From positions 1-59,687 of the forward strand of contig QHCE01000002.1 in the NCBI GenBank assembly GCA_003243955.1: a DNA stretch of 59,687 nucleotides, read 5' to 3'. The DNA comes from Acidimicrobiales bacterium. GTDB taxonomy: Bacteria > Actinomycetota > Actinomycetes > Mycobacteriales > QHCE01. Position 1 is the first letter of the stretch, and every line of letters begins with the position of its first letter. The notes under the pieces are model-generated. The model did not search any database and was not told where the DNA came from. It saw nothing but the letters and a program-made list of their open reading frames with translations. Positions 37,247-46,935 of the stretch are shown here, one piece after another. Both the position numbers and the translations under genes were made by a program.

Positions 37247-38098
37247 GTGTCCCTATCTAATACAACGGCGAGCCCGCTGGTAGTGGCCGCGCGATTTCGC
37301 GGACCGCACCACTCCGGCAATGGCGGATACACCGCCGGCGCGCTCGCGCAACGACTCCTACAGCTATCCGGCACGGCAGGTGTCTGTGGCCAGGCGGTCA
37401 CGGTCACCCTTGCGCTTCCGCCACCACTGGATACTCCGCTGCCGCTTACCGTGCCGTCACCGACGCAGCTACAGGCCCACACCGCTGACGGACGGCTCGT
37501 AGCCGAAGCTCAACTGGCTGATGCCAGCGCGGCTCTTAAAGCCGCCCCTGGTCCAGTGAGCCTGCGGGTCGCTACGACGAGCAGTGCACAGTACCGAGGG
37601 CGAAGTGATCACCCATTTCCCTATTGCTTCGCTTGTGGCACCGCGCGCGAGCCGGCAGATGCGCTGTGCTTGTTTGCTGGACCGGTTCCCGGCCGCGATG
37701 CCACAGTGGCTGCCCCGTGGATGCCGTATCCCAACTTCAGTCAAGCAGCCATGCCACCTGGGCTGGGGGATGGCACCGCGGAGCCAGCCGAAAACTCCGC
37801 GTCCCACAACAATGACAACGTTGCGATACCGGCAGTGTGGGCCGCGTTGGATTGCCCTGGCGCCTGGGCAACTGACTTTGATTACGGGCGACCCATTGTG
37901 TTGGGGCGGATCACCGCGGCGATCTACCACGATCTCACGGTGGGGCAGGAGTACGTAGCGGTCGGCCACTGTCGAGGCAAGCAAGGACGAAAAGCCTTTA
38001 CTGCCACCGCCGTGTATGACGCCAACAATCAACTGATGGCCGGAGCCGTTGCGCTGTGGATAGCGGTCAATCCAGCAACCTTCGCCGGCCTTAGCTAA
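37247..38098 (+). CDS. Double hot-dog fold hypothetical protein
   Basis: RFRGP..SGNGGY, PPPLD, HPFP.CF.CG, WAALDCPG. Confidence 0.8.
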   Translation: MSLSNTTASPLVVAARFRGPHHSGNGGYTAGALAQRLLQLSGTAGVCGQAVTVTLALPPPLDTPLPLTVPSPTQLQAHTADGRLVAEAQLADASAALKAAPGPVSLRVATTSSAQYRGRSDHPFPYCFACGTAREPADALCLFAGPVPGRDATVAAPWMPYPNFSQAAMPPGLGDGTAEPAENSASHNNDNVAIPAVWAALDCPGAWATDFDYGRPIVLGRITAAIYHDLTVGQEYVAVGHCRGKQGRKAFTATAVYDANNQLMAGAVALWIAVNPATFAGLS

Positions 38099-38145
38099 CG
38101 ACTTGACCAGCAGACCCTCCCGACGAACGGGGAAAGAGGCAAGCT

Positions 38146-39105
38146 CTAGCGGTGCGGACGGATGCCCCAGCTCCCTGTCCACCGCTGGCCGGGCTGTAAC
38201 ACGATCAAGCTCTCTCGACTGTTAAACGCATCTGGCGGGCAGGTCATGGGCTCGATCGCCACCACCTCACCGGAACGGCCAGTCACGCCCGCGCCGGTGT
38301 ACACCTGCAACCAGCCAAACGCCGAGTCTTGCCATACCTCGACGCCGCGCGAGCCGTCCGGCAGTGCAAGCCGGGAGCGAGCAATACCATCGGCGCCGTG
38401 CCGCACACCAGTGAACGTGGTATCCAGCGCAAGCTCGGCGACCGGAGTCAGCGAGCGGAAGTCGTACTCTGTCTCAGCCACTTGAACTCTGCTGATCGGC
38501 CGTTTTTGCTCATCAACGAGAAGTCGCCAGGTTACCGGCAGCTGCAGCATTAGACCGTCAAGCCGAACGCCAGGAACACCCACATAAGGATGCGCGCCAA
38601 GGCCGAACGGACAGGGCTTGTCACCTACGTTGGTCACGACATGCGTAGCTCGCAATCCATCAGATGACACATGCCACATAGTGGATAGCTTCAGCGGCCA
38701 TGGATATCCGGGCTGCGGAGCTAGCAGACAGCTCAGGGTCACGGCGTCATCTCGGCGCTGGGAGCACTGCCACGGCAGCCATCGAGACAGGCCGTGGATG
38801 GCGTTGTGCAGCTCGGGTTCAGAGTGCGGCAGCGAAAAGGAGTCACCACGAAAGTTGTAATCGCCGCCCGCGAGTCGATCGGGCCATGGCGCAAGGACCT
38901 GCCCAGCTGCCGCCGGTGGTAGCTGGTGCTCAGAGTAACCGGCGAGCAGTGCCTCACCACCGAACTCGTAACTACGGACTCCACCACCCAGCTGCACCAA
39001 CGTGGCCCGATGGTCGCCTGAGCTGATGCTCCACTGCTCCCCTGATGGGTAGGGCCAATCACCACCTACGCTGACCCGTTTTTGTCCAGACCACCGCACC
39101 GCCAT
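38146..39105 (-). CDS. Aldose 1-epimerase family protein
   Basis: PSGEQ, LAPWP.R, NAIHG, GAHPY, AIEPMTCPPDAFNS. Confidence 0.93.
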   Translation of the reverse strand: MAVRWSGQKRVSVGGDWPYPSGEQWSISSGDHRATLVQLGGGVRSYEFGGEALLAGYSEHQLPPAAAGQVLAPWPDRLAGGDYNFRGDSFSLPHSEPELHNAIHGLSRWLPWQCSQRRDDAVTLSCLLAPQPGYPWPLKLSTMWHVSSDGLRATHVVTNVGDKPCPFGLGAHPYVGVPGVRLDGLMLQLPVTWRLLVDEQKRPISRVQVAETEYDFRSLTPVAELALDTTFTGVRHGADGIARSRLALPDGSRGVEVWQDSAFGWLQVYTGAGVTGRSGEVVAIEPMTCPPDAFNSRESLIVLQPGQRWTGSWGIRPHR

Positions 39106-39163
39106 GCATTACTCCTTAGAGGCCGACCACACGACCCTACCGACGCTGTAGTTTTGTCTATTG

Positions 39164-41239
39164 CTACTCGGCAACACTGGCTGAGGCAATGCGGTGTAGC
39201 GCAAGCGTGTGGCTAGTCTCGTTGCGCTCATCTTCGGCTCGCAGATAACCCGCTCCTACCGCAAGCGGTCGCACAAGCCTGCACTGCAGCGCGCCTTGGG
39301 CATCAATGAACCGGACCCATAGCCGCTGCTTGTCGGCGATACAGGCGTAAATTAAACCCAAGGTAGCTTCGCTGCCAGCGCCAAGGTCAGTATCTATTGC
39401 GCCGCTGCTATCCCTATCTGTGTTGCCGATGCGGGAAACCCGCTGCAGAATTCGGCGCCGCTCCTCGCCAGAATGTACCCGCGTAATTGCCTCCTGTGCG
39501 TCGCGCTGCAGTTGTTCGGAAGTGCAAGGAGGCGCCGGCCGTTTCTGCTCAATAGGCAAGGCACCGATCGCTCGCCGGCGGGTCGGAGCGCTGAGAACTA
39601 GCGCGCCGGAGGCATCTTCTTCGGCGGCGGCATATCCGGCCGATCTCAATGTTGACACTAGTGTTGCTGCTGCGATATGTGCGATGAGCACGGCCGGGGC
39701 TAACCGGCGGAGCCGCAGCTGCGCACAGCGCGGGTCGGCAAGGAGAGCGGCAATCAAAGATTCGTCAGCGCTGTGCAGATAGGCCGAGGCGCCTCCTATT
39801 CGCAAGCCACCGTGCCGACGGGCAGCGTCGTCAATGAGATAACTCAATGCCTGCGGAGTGCCGGTTGCGGAGTGAGTAGCAAAAAATCGGTGCAGATCGT
39901 CCCGGCTCCAGCCCGAGTCCAGTGCCCTACGCAAACTGTCGGCGGTGACACGATACACCGTGGCGGCACCGGCTGATTCCATGGTCGCCAACAGCGCAAT
40001 GTCATGGGCCAGCTCGTTGGTGAGTGGACCAGGTGCAATCACTGTGAGGTCCGCCTGGACCAGGACATGATCGACAGGTTCCGGTAGCAGTTTGCTGAGC
40101 ACGTCAGCCGAATCTTCACCGCTCAGCAGTGCGCGCCCAAAGCTGGTCAGTCCGTAGTGGTTAGGTGTTCTGCTATTCATGCCGAGTATCCCGAGCGTGG
40201 CAGCTTCGATGAGCACAGCCTGCACGATGGGTGTCTGCAGCCCATCAGGGGCGAGCTCAGCTGCCGCGATTCGCACCGGAGCTCGCCAGGTAAGTAGTTC
40301 CAACACCGCCGCTGGCGTGGTGACTGCAACAGTTGGGAGATCCGCGAAACAGGCGAGCAACTGCTCACGCAGCCACGGTGCCTCGGCACGAGTGAGTTCC
40401 GCGCTCAACGGGGCAATGCGTCGAGCGCGTTCGTCGCTGCGCTCAACAAAGCTCGGCTGGCGGCGCATGCTCAGCCATGCTCGGGCCAGCGTTGTCCAGC
40501 GTTGTCCAGGAGAGTCCGTTCGCCAGTGGTCGAAAACCGCGGTTGGTAGCCAGCTCTCGACCTCGCCGGCGGCGTCGATGCCCAGCAGTCCAGCGGCGTA
40601 ACAGAGCTCCAGCAGCACAGCAGCGATCTCGGCATCGATGCTTGCGCTCTTAGCTATACGAGACAGCTCGCGAGCGGAAACGCCGCCGGCGCGCAGTTGC
40701 TGGACTGGTTGCTGCGCGCAGGCGGTCAACAGTTGTTCGGCCAGCCGGATAAGTTCTGCTGCTGAGCCTGCTCCCGCATGATCTAGCGCGGCTGCATCAA
40801 TAACGGTGATTGGCAAGGCTGGGAGGCGCGGCGGAAGTGAGGGGCGCCGCGCAGCGAGCGGCTGCAGGAACTCGTTCTCCAACCTTCCGGCGACGAAGAG
40901 AGTGTCCCCTTTCGACCACGCCAAGGCCAGCCGCTGCAACGTGGTGTAAGCGCTACGGAGGGTCGCCGCGTCTGGTTCAGCTTGCAAGATTCTGGTCAGC
41001 TGCTGCCGCGGCTCGTCGTCGGTGGTGTGCAGCACGCTCAGTAGCACGAGCGTAACGTAATCCAGCTGGAGCGTGGCAAGGTCCAACGAGTTGCGGCTAG
41101 CAGCCCGGGCCGCTAAGGCGTCGAAATCCGGTGGCGGCGGATTCATCAGATCGGGGCGGGCAGTGAGCAGCGCTGACAGCGCTGGCTCGTCAAGCTCACG
41201 CAAGAATTGGGCGAACTCGGACGTGTCGGCGATAGTCAT
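39164..41239 (-). CDS. Helicase-associated domain protein (Rv0862c-like XPB partner)
   Basis: RPDL..PPP, LVQADLT..APGPL, ESAGAATVYR..SLRRALD, PQALSYLIDDAARRHG. Confidence 0.9.
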   Translation of the reverse strand: MTIADTSEFAQFLRELDEPALSALLTARPDLMNPPPPDFDALAARAASRNSLDLATLQLDYVTLVLLSVLHTTDDEPRQQLTRILQAEPDAATLRSAYTTLQRLALAWSKGDTLFVAGRLENEFLQPLAARRPSLPPRLPALPITVIDAAALDHAGAGSAAELIRLAEQLLTACAQQPVQQLRAGGVSARELSRIAKSASIDAEIAAVLLELCYAAGLLGIDAAGEVESWLPTAVFDHWRTDSPGQRWTTLARAWLSMRRQPSFVERSDERARRIAPLSAELTRAEAPWLREQLLACFADLPTVAVTTPAAVLELLTWRAPVRIAAAELAPDGLQTPIVQAVLIEAATLGILGMNSRTPNHYGLTSFGRALLSGEDSADVLSKLLPEPVDHVLVQADLTVIAPGPLTNELAHDIALLATMESAGAATVYRVTADSLRRALDSGWSRDDLHRFFATHSATGTPQALSYLIDDAARRHGGLRIGGASAYLHSADESLIAALLADPRCAQLRLRRLAPAVLIAHIAAATLVSTLRSAGYAAAEEDASGALVLSAPTRRRAIGALPIEQKRPAPPCTSEQLQRDAQEAITRVHSGEERRRILQRVSRIGNTDRDSSGAIDTDLGAGSEATLGLIYACIADKQRLWVRFIDAQGALQCRLVRPLAVGAGYLRAEDERNETSHTLALHRIASASVAE

Positions 41240-41356
41240 CCCTACAACGCTATCCGACTTGCCAACGGAGAAATTCTTGGAGAGGCTTAGAGGGTGTTTA
41301 TAGTGTTCGGTGATACTGGGAGCTCTAGCATTTCGGGTCTAATCAAAGGAGCGGTG

Positions 41357-41578
41357 ATGGGTGCACAGCGGGACTCGCGACCGGAAACTACAACGGTGGG
41401 CATCCAGGGCGGCAAACTACAGGTTTCAGAGTTGCTCGGCGAGTTTCAGGGGGCAAGTAGTCCATTCGGCGACATACGCTTTCCGCTGCCACCCCATGAG
41501 CTTCGTGAACCTGGCGTCAAACTTCCTATGCCAACTGCTTCCGCCCATGAAACTGCGCAGCTGACTGAGCAGCGGTGA
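41357..41578 (+). CDS. Small conserved actinobacterial hypothetical protein
   Basis: AAGGAG RBS; GASSPFGD..FPLP motif. Confidence 0.65.
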   Translation: MGAQRDSRPETTTVGIQGGKLQVSELLGEFQGASSPFGDIRFPLPPHELREPGVKLPMPTASAHETAQLTEQR

Positions 41579-41695
41579 CGGACGAAGCCAAGCCATCCCA
41601 GCTACTATATTTAAGGCGCCCGCTTATCTACTGTAGTGCGTGCTGAAGCAACACCGAGTAGACCAGAAACATCATCAAGAAAGACGAGTTGCAAC

Positions 41696-42082
41696 GTGCC
41701 CACAGGCAAGGTCAAGTGGTATGACACCGACAAAGGTTTCGGCTTCCTGTCTCGAGACGACGGCGGCGATGTTTTCGTGCACCGCGGAGCACTGCCGTCC
41801 GGCGTTGACGAGCTCAATGTGGGCGCCCGAGTGGAATTCGGCATAGTAACCGGACGCAAAGGCGATCAAGCGTTGTCCGTGCGGGTACTGGATCCCATCC
41901 CATCCTTGAGTACAGCGCACCGCCGTCCCACCGATGAGCTACACGGCCTCATCGAGGACACGATCAAAGTGCTCGAGGCAAAGATCCAGCCAGATTTACG
42001 CCGGGGTCGATATCCGGATCGAAAAGTCGCTAGCAAACTCGCCGAGATGGTTCATGCAATCGCCCGCGAGCTAGAAGGCTAG
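41696..42082 (+). CDS. Cold-shock domain protein (CspB/Rv0871-like)
   Basis: [21 protein letters not shown] plus GRYPD C-terminal extension. Confidence 0.93.
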   Translation: MPTGKVKWYDTDKGFGFLSRDDGGDVFVHRGALPSGVDELNVGARVEFGIVTGRKGDQALSVRVLDPIPSLSTAHRRPTDELHGLIEDTIKVLEAKIQPDLRRGRYPDRKVASKLAEMVHAIARELEG

Positions 42083-42253
42083 AGCGCCTGCCAAAAAGCC
42101 CCTGCCGGCACCATGCGTGTGCGGGGGCACCCACACACGGGCGTTCGCCTTGCCTATGCCCGGCGTAGCTTGCGAGCCGGCAATGGGTATGGCGTAGGCG
42201 GCGGCTCCTGCGGCCTTGGCAGAAACCAATGGAGCAGGCGCTTTAAGGTCAAT

Positions 42254-43606
42254 TTACAATTCAGGCGTTCGCTGAGCCACAGTCCACAGCCGTAGAGCGG
42301 CAACTGCCGCAGCTCCCACGCATATCGCGGCAAGGCTCAGCCCCCAGTGTCCGGCAAGTGGAATGAGGCCAACGGCGCCGCCAAATACCCAAGCTAGCTG
42401 GAGCAGCGTTTCAGAGCGCCCAAACGCGCTGGCCCGATAACCTTCGTCGGCGCCCTGCGCAATCACCGCGTCCACACCCAATTTGCACAGCCCACTCGAC
42501 AGTGCGGTGATAAACGCCAGGCCGATCGCAGCCGGCAAACTGTAGGTCGCGGCAGCACCGGCACAAGCTAGCGTCGCCGCCAGCGCCGCTGCGACATGCA
42601 GTCGCAGCGGGTGACGAAGTTTGAGCCTGGTCCCCACTACAGTCGCGACTAGCGAGCCCAGCCCTAACGCACCCACAACAGCGCCTAAAGCTACTGCCGC
42701 CGGTGGGCCAAGATTGTCCTCGCGAGTACGGAACGCGAAGTACAGCGTCAAAAACCCATAGAGTGCGCGCAGCGCACTAGTGGCAACCAAAGCAGTCCAG
42801 ATCTCCGTACTGAACAGCCTTACGCTGGTCTTATGGCCGGGGAACTGGAGCATGCGCGGCAACGCCTCGGGGCGTTGCGAGTCCGCTCGCGGGGGTAGCC
42901 GAAGTGCTGAAATCATGCCTACAACGAACACTACCGCCGCGCCGCGGAGCGCCCATTCCACACCAAAATGCGCAAGCAGAACAGCCGCACCGCCAGCGAT
43001 AGCACCCGCGATCATGCCGGCCAGGGACCCTCGCGCATTGGCCTCCACCAACGTCAGGCGCTCGGGTAAAAGCCGGGGTACAGCGGCACTGCGAGCTACA
43101 CCATATGCTCGGGAGAGCACGAGCACCCCGAACGCGGCCGGATACAAAATCCAACTATGCAGCTGGCTGGCGATCAGCCATGCCAGGAATGCCCGGGCGA
43201 GCATGGTAGTGGCCAGCGCGTACCTGCGGCCGTGCCGAAAACGGTCCAGAATCGGCCCCACCGCGGGCGCTAGCAGCGCAAACGGCGCCATGGTGATCAG
43301 GAGATACAGGCCCACCTGCAGCCGGGCCTCACCCACAGGAACGTTGAAGAAAATGGTTCCGGCAAGTGCAACCGCAATCGCGGCATCACCTGCTACCGAC
43401 GCCGCATGTAGATCGATCAGGCGGTGCATGCCGGTTTGGCCCGCACCGTCGGCGTTTCGGGCTTTGATTACCCGTTCCCAGCCCCTTCGGCAGGCCTTAA
43501 CGGCTTTTCGTCCGAAGCGGCGTGCGCCGCGCAGCCGCTTGACAGGCACCGTGGGCGGCGCGGTCGGGCTGCTGCCCTGTGTAGAGTCGTCGATCATCGT
43601 GTCCAT
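42254..43606 (-). CDS. MFS-type membrane protein (Rv0876c-like)
   Basis: ALAGTIFF, LYLLITMAPF, RASAFGRSET.LQLAWV.GG. Confidence 0.9.
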   Translation of the reverse strand: MDTMIDDSTQGSSPTAPPTVPVKRLRGARRFGRKAVKACRRGWERVIKARNADGAGQTGMHRLIDLHAASVAGDAAIAVALAGTIFFNVPVGEARLQVGLYLLITMAPFALLAPAVGPILDRFRHGRRYALATTMLARAFLAWLIASQLHSWILYPAAFGVLVLSRAYGVARSAAVPRLLPERLTLVEANARGSLAGMIAGAIAGGAAVLLAHFGVEWALRGAAVVFVVGMISALRLPPRADSQRPEALPRMLQFPGHKTSVRLFSTEIWTALVATSALRALYGFLTLYFAFRTREDNLGPPAAVALGAVVGALGLGSLVATVVGTRLKLRHPLRLHVAAALAATLACAGAAATYSLPAAIGLAFITALSSGLCKLGVDAVIAQGADEGYRASAFGRSETLLQLAWVFGGAVGLIPLAGHWGLSLAAICVGAAAVAALRLWTVAQRTPEL

Positions 43607-43749
43607 GGCTGCCGCAACTTTAAGAGGTCGTGCTCCCGTTGAAATCCCTCCATCGCCCTGCTGCCCCTATGCCGCGGGTGTGGTTCTGTGAAAATGCGCA
43701 CAAAGGGGCGGGGCAGCGCATGAAGAGGATGGTAGGAAAAAATACCCTG

Positions 43750-44484
43750 GTGAGTATTGACCTCCCGGCGCAGCCTGCCCGGTCCGCAGCGATTCGTCTC
43801 GACGCGACGTGTGCGCAAGCCGCCGATCTTGCCCGAGCGGCTCTCGTAGCCGTGGTGGGAGAAGCTTGTGTGGGTGAACATTTACAGGCGGTGGGGATCG
43901 CAGAGCGCCTTGTCGAGCATCGATTTGCGGCATTCCAGCCGGGGTACGTTGCCTGGTATTGGTCGGTGACGACCGCGCGGGCGCCGCGCGGTAAGCAGGT
44001 GACCGTCTGCGATGTGGCGTTACTGCCGGCAGAGCAGGCGCTACTAGCTCCTGCGTGGGTGCCGTGGAGCAGGCGGCTGCGACCAGGCGATGTGGGCGTG
44101 GGGGATCTACTGCCAGCTGCGGCCGATGATGAGCGGCTCGCGCCATCATTCCTGCTTCCCGAAGACGTCCCGCTTTCCGACGATAATCTTCCAAACCCCG
44201 ATGAACAAGTGGGCAAGATCCCAGGCGTAGGCCGACCTCGTGTGATGAGCGTGCTGGGCAGAGAACAAGCCGCGCAGCGCTGGTATGACTCCGATGCGGG
44301 CCCGGAAGCCCAACTAGCCAAAGCTACTCGCGAACGCTGCGGCACCTGCGGATTCTACGTACAGCTATCCGGTTCACTAGGTGCCGCGTTTGGGGCGTGC
44401 GCCAATTTGTACGCTCCCGATGACGGTAGAATCGTCAGCGCCGACCACGGTTGTGGTGCCCATTCGGAGGCAGTCGCGGTGTGA
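43750..44484 (+). CDS. DUF3027 domain protein
   Basis: LLAPAWVPW..RLRPGDVG.GD, CGTCGF, FGACAN..DG.IVS.DHGCGAHSE; start uncertain. Confidence 0.9.
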   Translation: MSIDLPAQPARSAAIRLDATCAQAADLARAALVAVVGEACVGEHLQAVGIAERLVEHRFAAFQPGYVAWYWSVTTARAPRGKQVTVCDVALLPAEQALLAPAWVPWSRRLRPGDVGVGDLLPAAADDERLAPSFLLPEDVPLSDDNLPNPDEQVGKIPGVGRPRVMSVLGREQAAQRWYDSDAGPEAQLAKATRERCGTCGFYVQLSGSLGAAFGACANLYAPDDGRIVSADHGCGAHSEAVAV

Positions 44485-44512
44485 TGCGCGAGCGGCACGT
44501 GGCTGTGGAGCG

Positions 44513-44758
44513 CTACTTGGGCCGTTGAGTCGCTCGCGTGATGCGTTTAGCGCCTAATGTACCCAGAATGCCGATCAATATGCCGCTATAGGCCGTGCCC
44601 AGCCACCATGTGCGTCCATGTTCGCCGAGCCAGTCCTGCCCAAACAGCGTGAGCGCGGCAGCGGCAAGCACCCAGATCAATGTGCCGACGAGGCTCACCC
44701 CTACTAGGTTGAGCTCCAGCGGGGGAGGTGGAAGTTGGGTGCGTGGCGTGTGCGGCAT
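44513..44758 (-). CDS. DUF2530 small membrane protein
   Basis: PPPL..GTLIW..WWL.T..G; syntenic with DUF3027. Confidence 0.8.
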   Translation of the reverse strand: MPHTPRTQLPPPPLELNLVGVSLVGTLIWVLAAAALTLFGQDWLGEHGRTWWLGTAYSGILIGILGTLGAKRITRATQRPK

Positions 44759-44836
44759 GGGCTCACGTTAGCCGATATCGTGGCACACTATTCGACGATA
44801 GGTCCGTAAAGCTTCCCGAGGTATCGGAGATGGCAG

Positions 44837-45445
44837 TTGGCCAGCGTGGTGCTTCCTGTGGGGCACGTCTTGGGCCCGTTCTTCACCGATGAGCACGCCG
44901 AGATTCCAGAATCCGTCGATATTCGGCTCGGCGAGGAACTGATCTCCATTCCCTCGGGCGCCTACGCGGTTTGGGCGGCCGCACACGGCGAGCCTGGGGT
45001 AGACAGCGGGATGCCGCGGGCCGCAACGATCGCCGCCGCGGCGCAGCTGGTCGATGAGCCGGATCGGTGGTTTGACCAACTCACCGCGCGGAGCCTGTTG
45101 GTCGAACTGCCCGACACTCCCCAGGCGCGACAGCGTTTTGCCCGTTCGCATCGGGTGCTGCCGCTGGCCCTGGGCCTGGGGAATTCGGCGGAACATCCGG
45201 ATCGGTTTATAGTGGGAATGGTGGGTGCTCCAGCGGTTACGCTGCCCGCTTCGGCGTTTTTGGCCTGGATGTTTGGCCATCGCTACCCCAGTTTGTGGCA
45301 GACGTGCGAGAATGTAGTGAATACGACACAGCTCATGATTGGTGCGGAAGTGGATCCAGCCGCCGTACTGGCAGACGTGATCACGCTCCTATCACCGCTG
45401 CTGGTCCACGGATGCGCGTGCCTAGATCGGAGGACCGATGGTTGA
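44837..45445 (+). CDS. Hypothetical protein, paralogue 1 of 3 (tandem winged-helix/PqqD-like)
   Basis: Shares PVGH, WAxxHG, FAxxH, PLALGLGNSA, SLW and terminal LD with the 46163 and 46936 ORFs. Confidence 0.8.
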   Translation: MASVVLPVGHVLGPFFTDEHAEIPESVDIRLGEELISIPSGAYAVWAAAHGEPGVDSGMPRAATIAAAAQLVDEPDRWFDQLTARSLLVELPDTPQARQRFARSHRVLPLALGLGNSAEHPDRFIVGMVGAPAVTLPASAFLAWMFGHRYPSLWQTCENVVNTTQLMIGAEVDPAAVLADVITLLSPLLVHGCACLDRRTDG

Positions 45446-46163
45446 GGAAGCCCTCCCGGTGGCTGAGGGAGCGCCCCCGGTGCGGCCGGCACGCTCCTTG
45501 TGGCTGCACCGATTGCTGTATTCGTTTGTTCCTGCTGCCGGCTCCGCCGGTGCGGTGGGCGGGGCGATAGGGGGCGCTTATGGAGGCATCGCGGGCGCCG
45601 CATTGGGCATGACCATAGGCGTTATGGGCAGTATTGGACTATACGCCGCAATAAGAGCATACAAAGACCATAAAGAGCACACGGAGCATCTAGTAGAGCT
45701 TCACAAGCAGTTCCCTAACGACCCCGAAGGTTTACACGCTGCGGTGAAAGCGGAGCGGGGGAAACACCGCCTCCAGAGGGTGCTGGGCACCGGAATTGTG
45801 GCCGGGGCAATGGGGATAACCGGTATCGGTGTCCCAGCCATGACGGCGCTGCCCGCGCTCGCAGTGGGCGCTGCGGCGCTAGGCGCAGCCTACCTGGCTA
45901 CTCGGGCATTCCTCGCGGGCAAAAACCGCTTGACCGATCCCAAACACCTCCGGAATGCCGAGGCCGGAGGGGTTCCGGAGGCAGATCCCGAAGAGGCTCC
46001 GGACAATTCCGATCAACCACGGGTAAATCAGCCGTTTGCGGCAAGGTTTAGCGATAGGGAGGTAATCCCTCCTCCCAGCGCTCATACGCAGCCCAGCCCT
46101 CAATATCCATCTTTACCTGCCGGTATGCAGCGGCCCGTTTCAGCTGCGCATGGCCGCGGTTGA
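45438..46163 (+). CDS. Hypothetical glycine-zipper membrane protein with a Pro-rich tail
   Basis: GGAGG RBS; two long Gly/Ala hydrophobic segments; overlaps both neighbours. Confidence 0.75.
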   Translation: MVEEALPVAEGAPPVRPARSLWLHRLLYSFVPAAGSAGAVGGAIGGAYGGIAGAALGMTIGVMGSIGLYAAIRAYKDHKEHTEHLVELHKQFPNDPEGLHAAVKAERGKHRLQRVLGTGIVAGAMGITGIGVPAMTALPALAVGAAALGAAYLATRAFLAGKNRLTDPKHLRNAEAGGVPEADPEEAPDNSDQPRVNQPFAARFSDREVIPPPSAHTQPSPQYPSLPAGMQRPVSAAHGRG

Positions 46164-46786
46164 TGGCCTTTCCTGTGGTTGCTCCGTTGGTTCCGATTGG
46201 CCAGTTTATTGGCACCATGTTTGCTGGTCCTGTGCCTGCCTCTAACACTGCTGGCCAGGCGCAAAGCTGGGGCTACGGGGTTAGGCTCGGAACGGAGCTG
46301 GAAGACCTGAACGAGTCGGAATTCGGCATCTGGGCGCTCTCGCACGGCACCGGAAACGATAAGGTGAACACCGCATCGCGGGGCGCCGTAGAAAAGCTTG
46401 CCAGACAGTTGGACATTGCCGATGCGCAGCATAGTACCGATGCCTTGCTGCAGCGTGGCCTGCTGGCGCGGGTGCTCCCGGTGGCGGCGCAGGCTCGCGG
46501 ATTCGCCCAACATCACCAGCTCATGCCACTGGGCATGGGGCTAGGTAACAGCGCCAGCGCGTTGGGGGCATTCACCATTGGTCAGCCAGGGTTTCCTCGA
46601 GCAACAGTGAGCGCGGTCATTTTCGATGTCTGGGCATTCAGCGCACAGGGCGCTTCGCTCTGGCAAGCGTGCGAGAAAACCGCGGATTGGGGGGAGGAAC
46701 TCACCCCGGAGAGTCTCGCGCTACTGGTGCTGCAAGCGTTGCCGGTGCTGCTGGCCACCGACGCGGCCTACATAGACGTGTGCTGA
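46163..46786 (+). CDS. Hypothetical protein, paralogue 2 of 3
   Basis: PIGQ, LNESEFGIWALSHG, LLQRGLL, PLGMGLGNSA, SLW; TGATG coupling. Confidence 0.8.
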   Translation: MAFPVVAPLVPIGQFIGTMFAGPVPASNTAGQAQSWGYGVRLGTELEDLNESEFGIWALSHGTGNDKVNTASRGAVEKLARQLDIADAQHSTDALLQRGLLARVLPVAAQARGFAQHHQLMPLGMGLGNSASALGAFTIGQPGFPRATVSAVIFDVWAFSAQGASLWQACEKTADWGEELTPESLALLVLQALPVLLATDAAYIDVC

Positions 46787-46935
46787 GCAAGTTCTGCCAG
46801 ACAAGTACTGTCCAGTATAGGAAACTGCGACCCCGTAGAATCTCAGCACAAATCGCCGGGTGTTCTTGCCCATCGTATAGTGCATTCGAGTAGGCTCAGC
46901 AGAATATGTAGTTGCGCTTATAGGAGGTCGGCAAC

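Noticed and set aside
39106-39163. Short matches (TACTCC, GACGCTG) to the reverse complement of 53432-53495 as inversion sites
   Set aside because: Too short and unevenly spaced to be significant
42780-43691. 303-aa + strand ORF and similar long antisense ORFs (4036, 4227, 56041, 57770)
   Set aside because: Shadows of well-supported genes on the opposite strand
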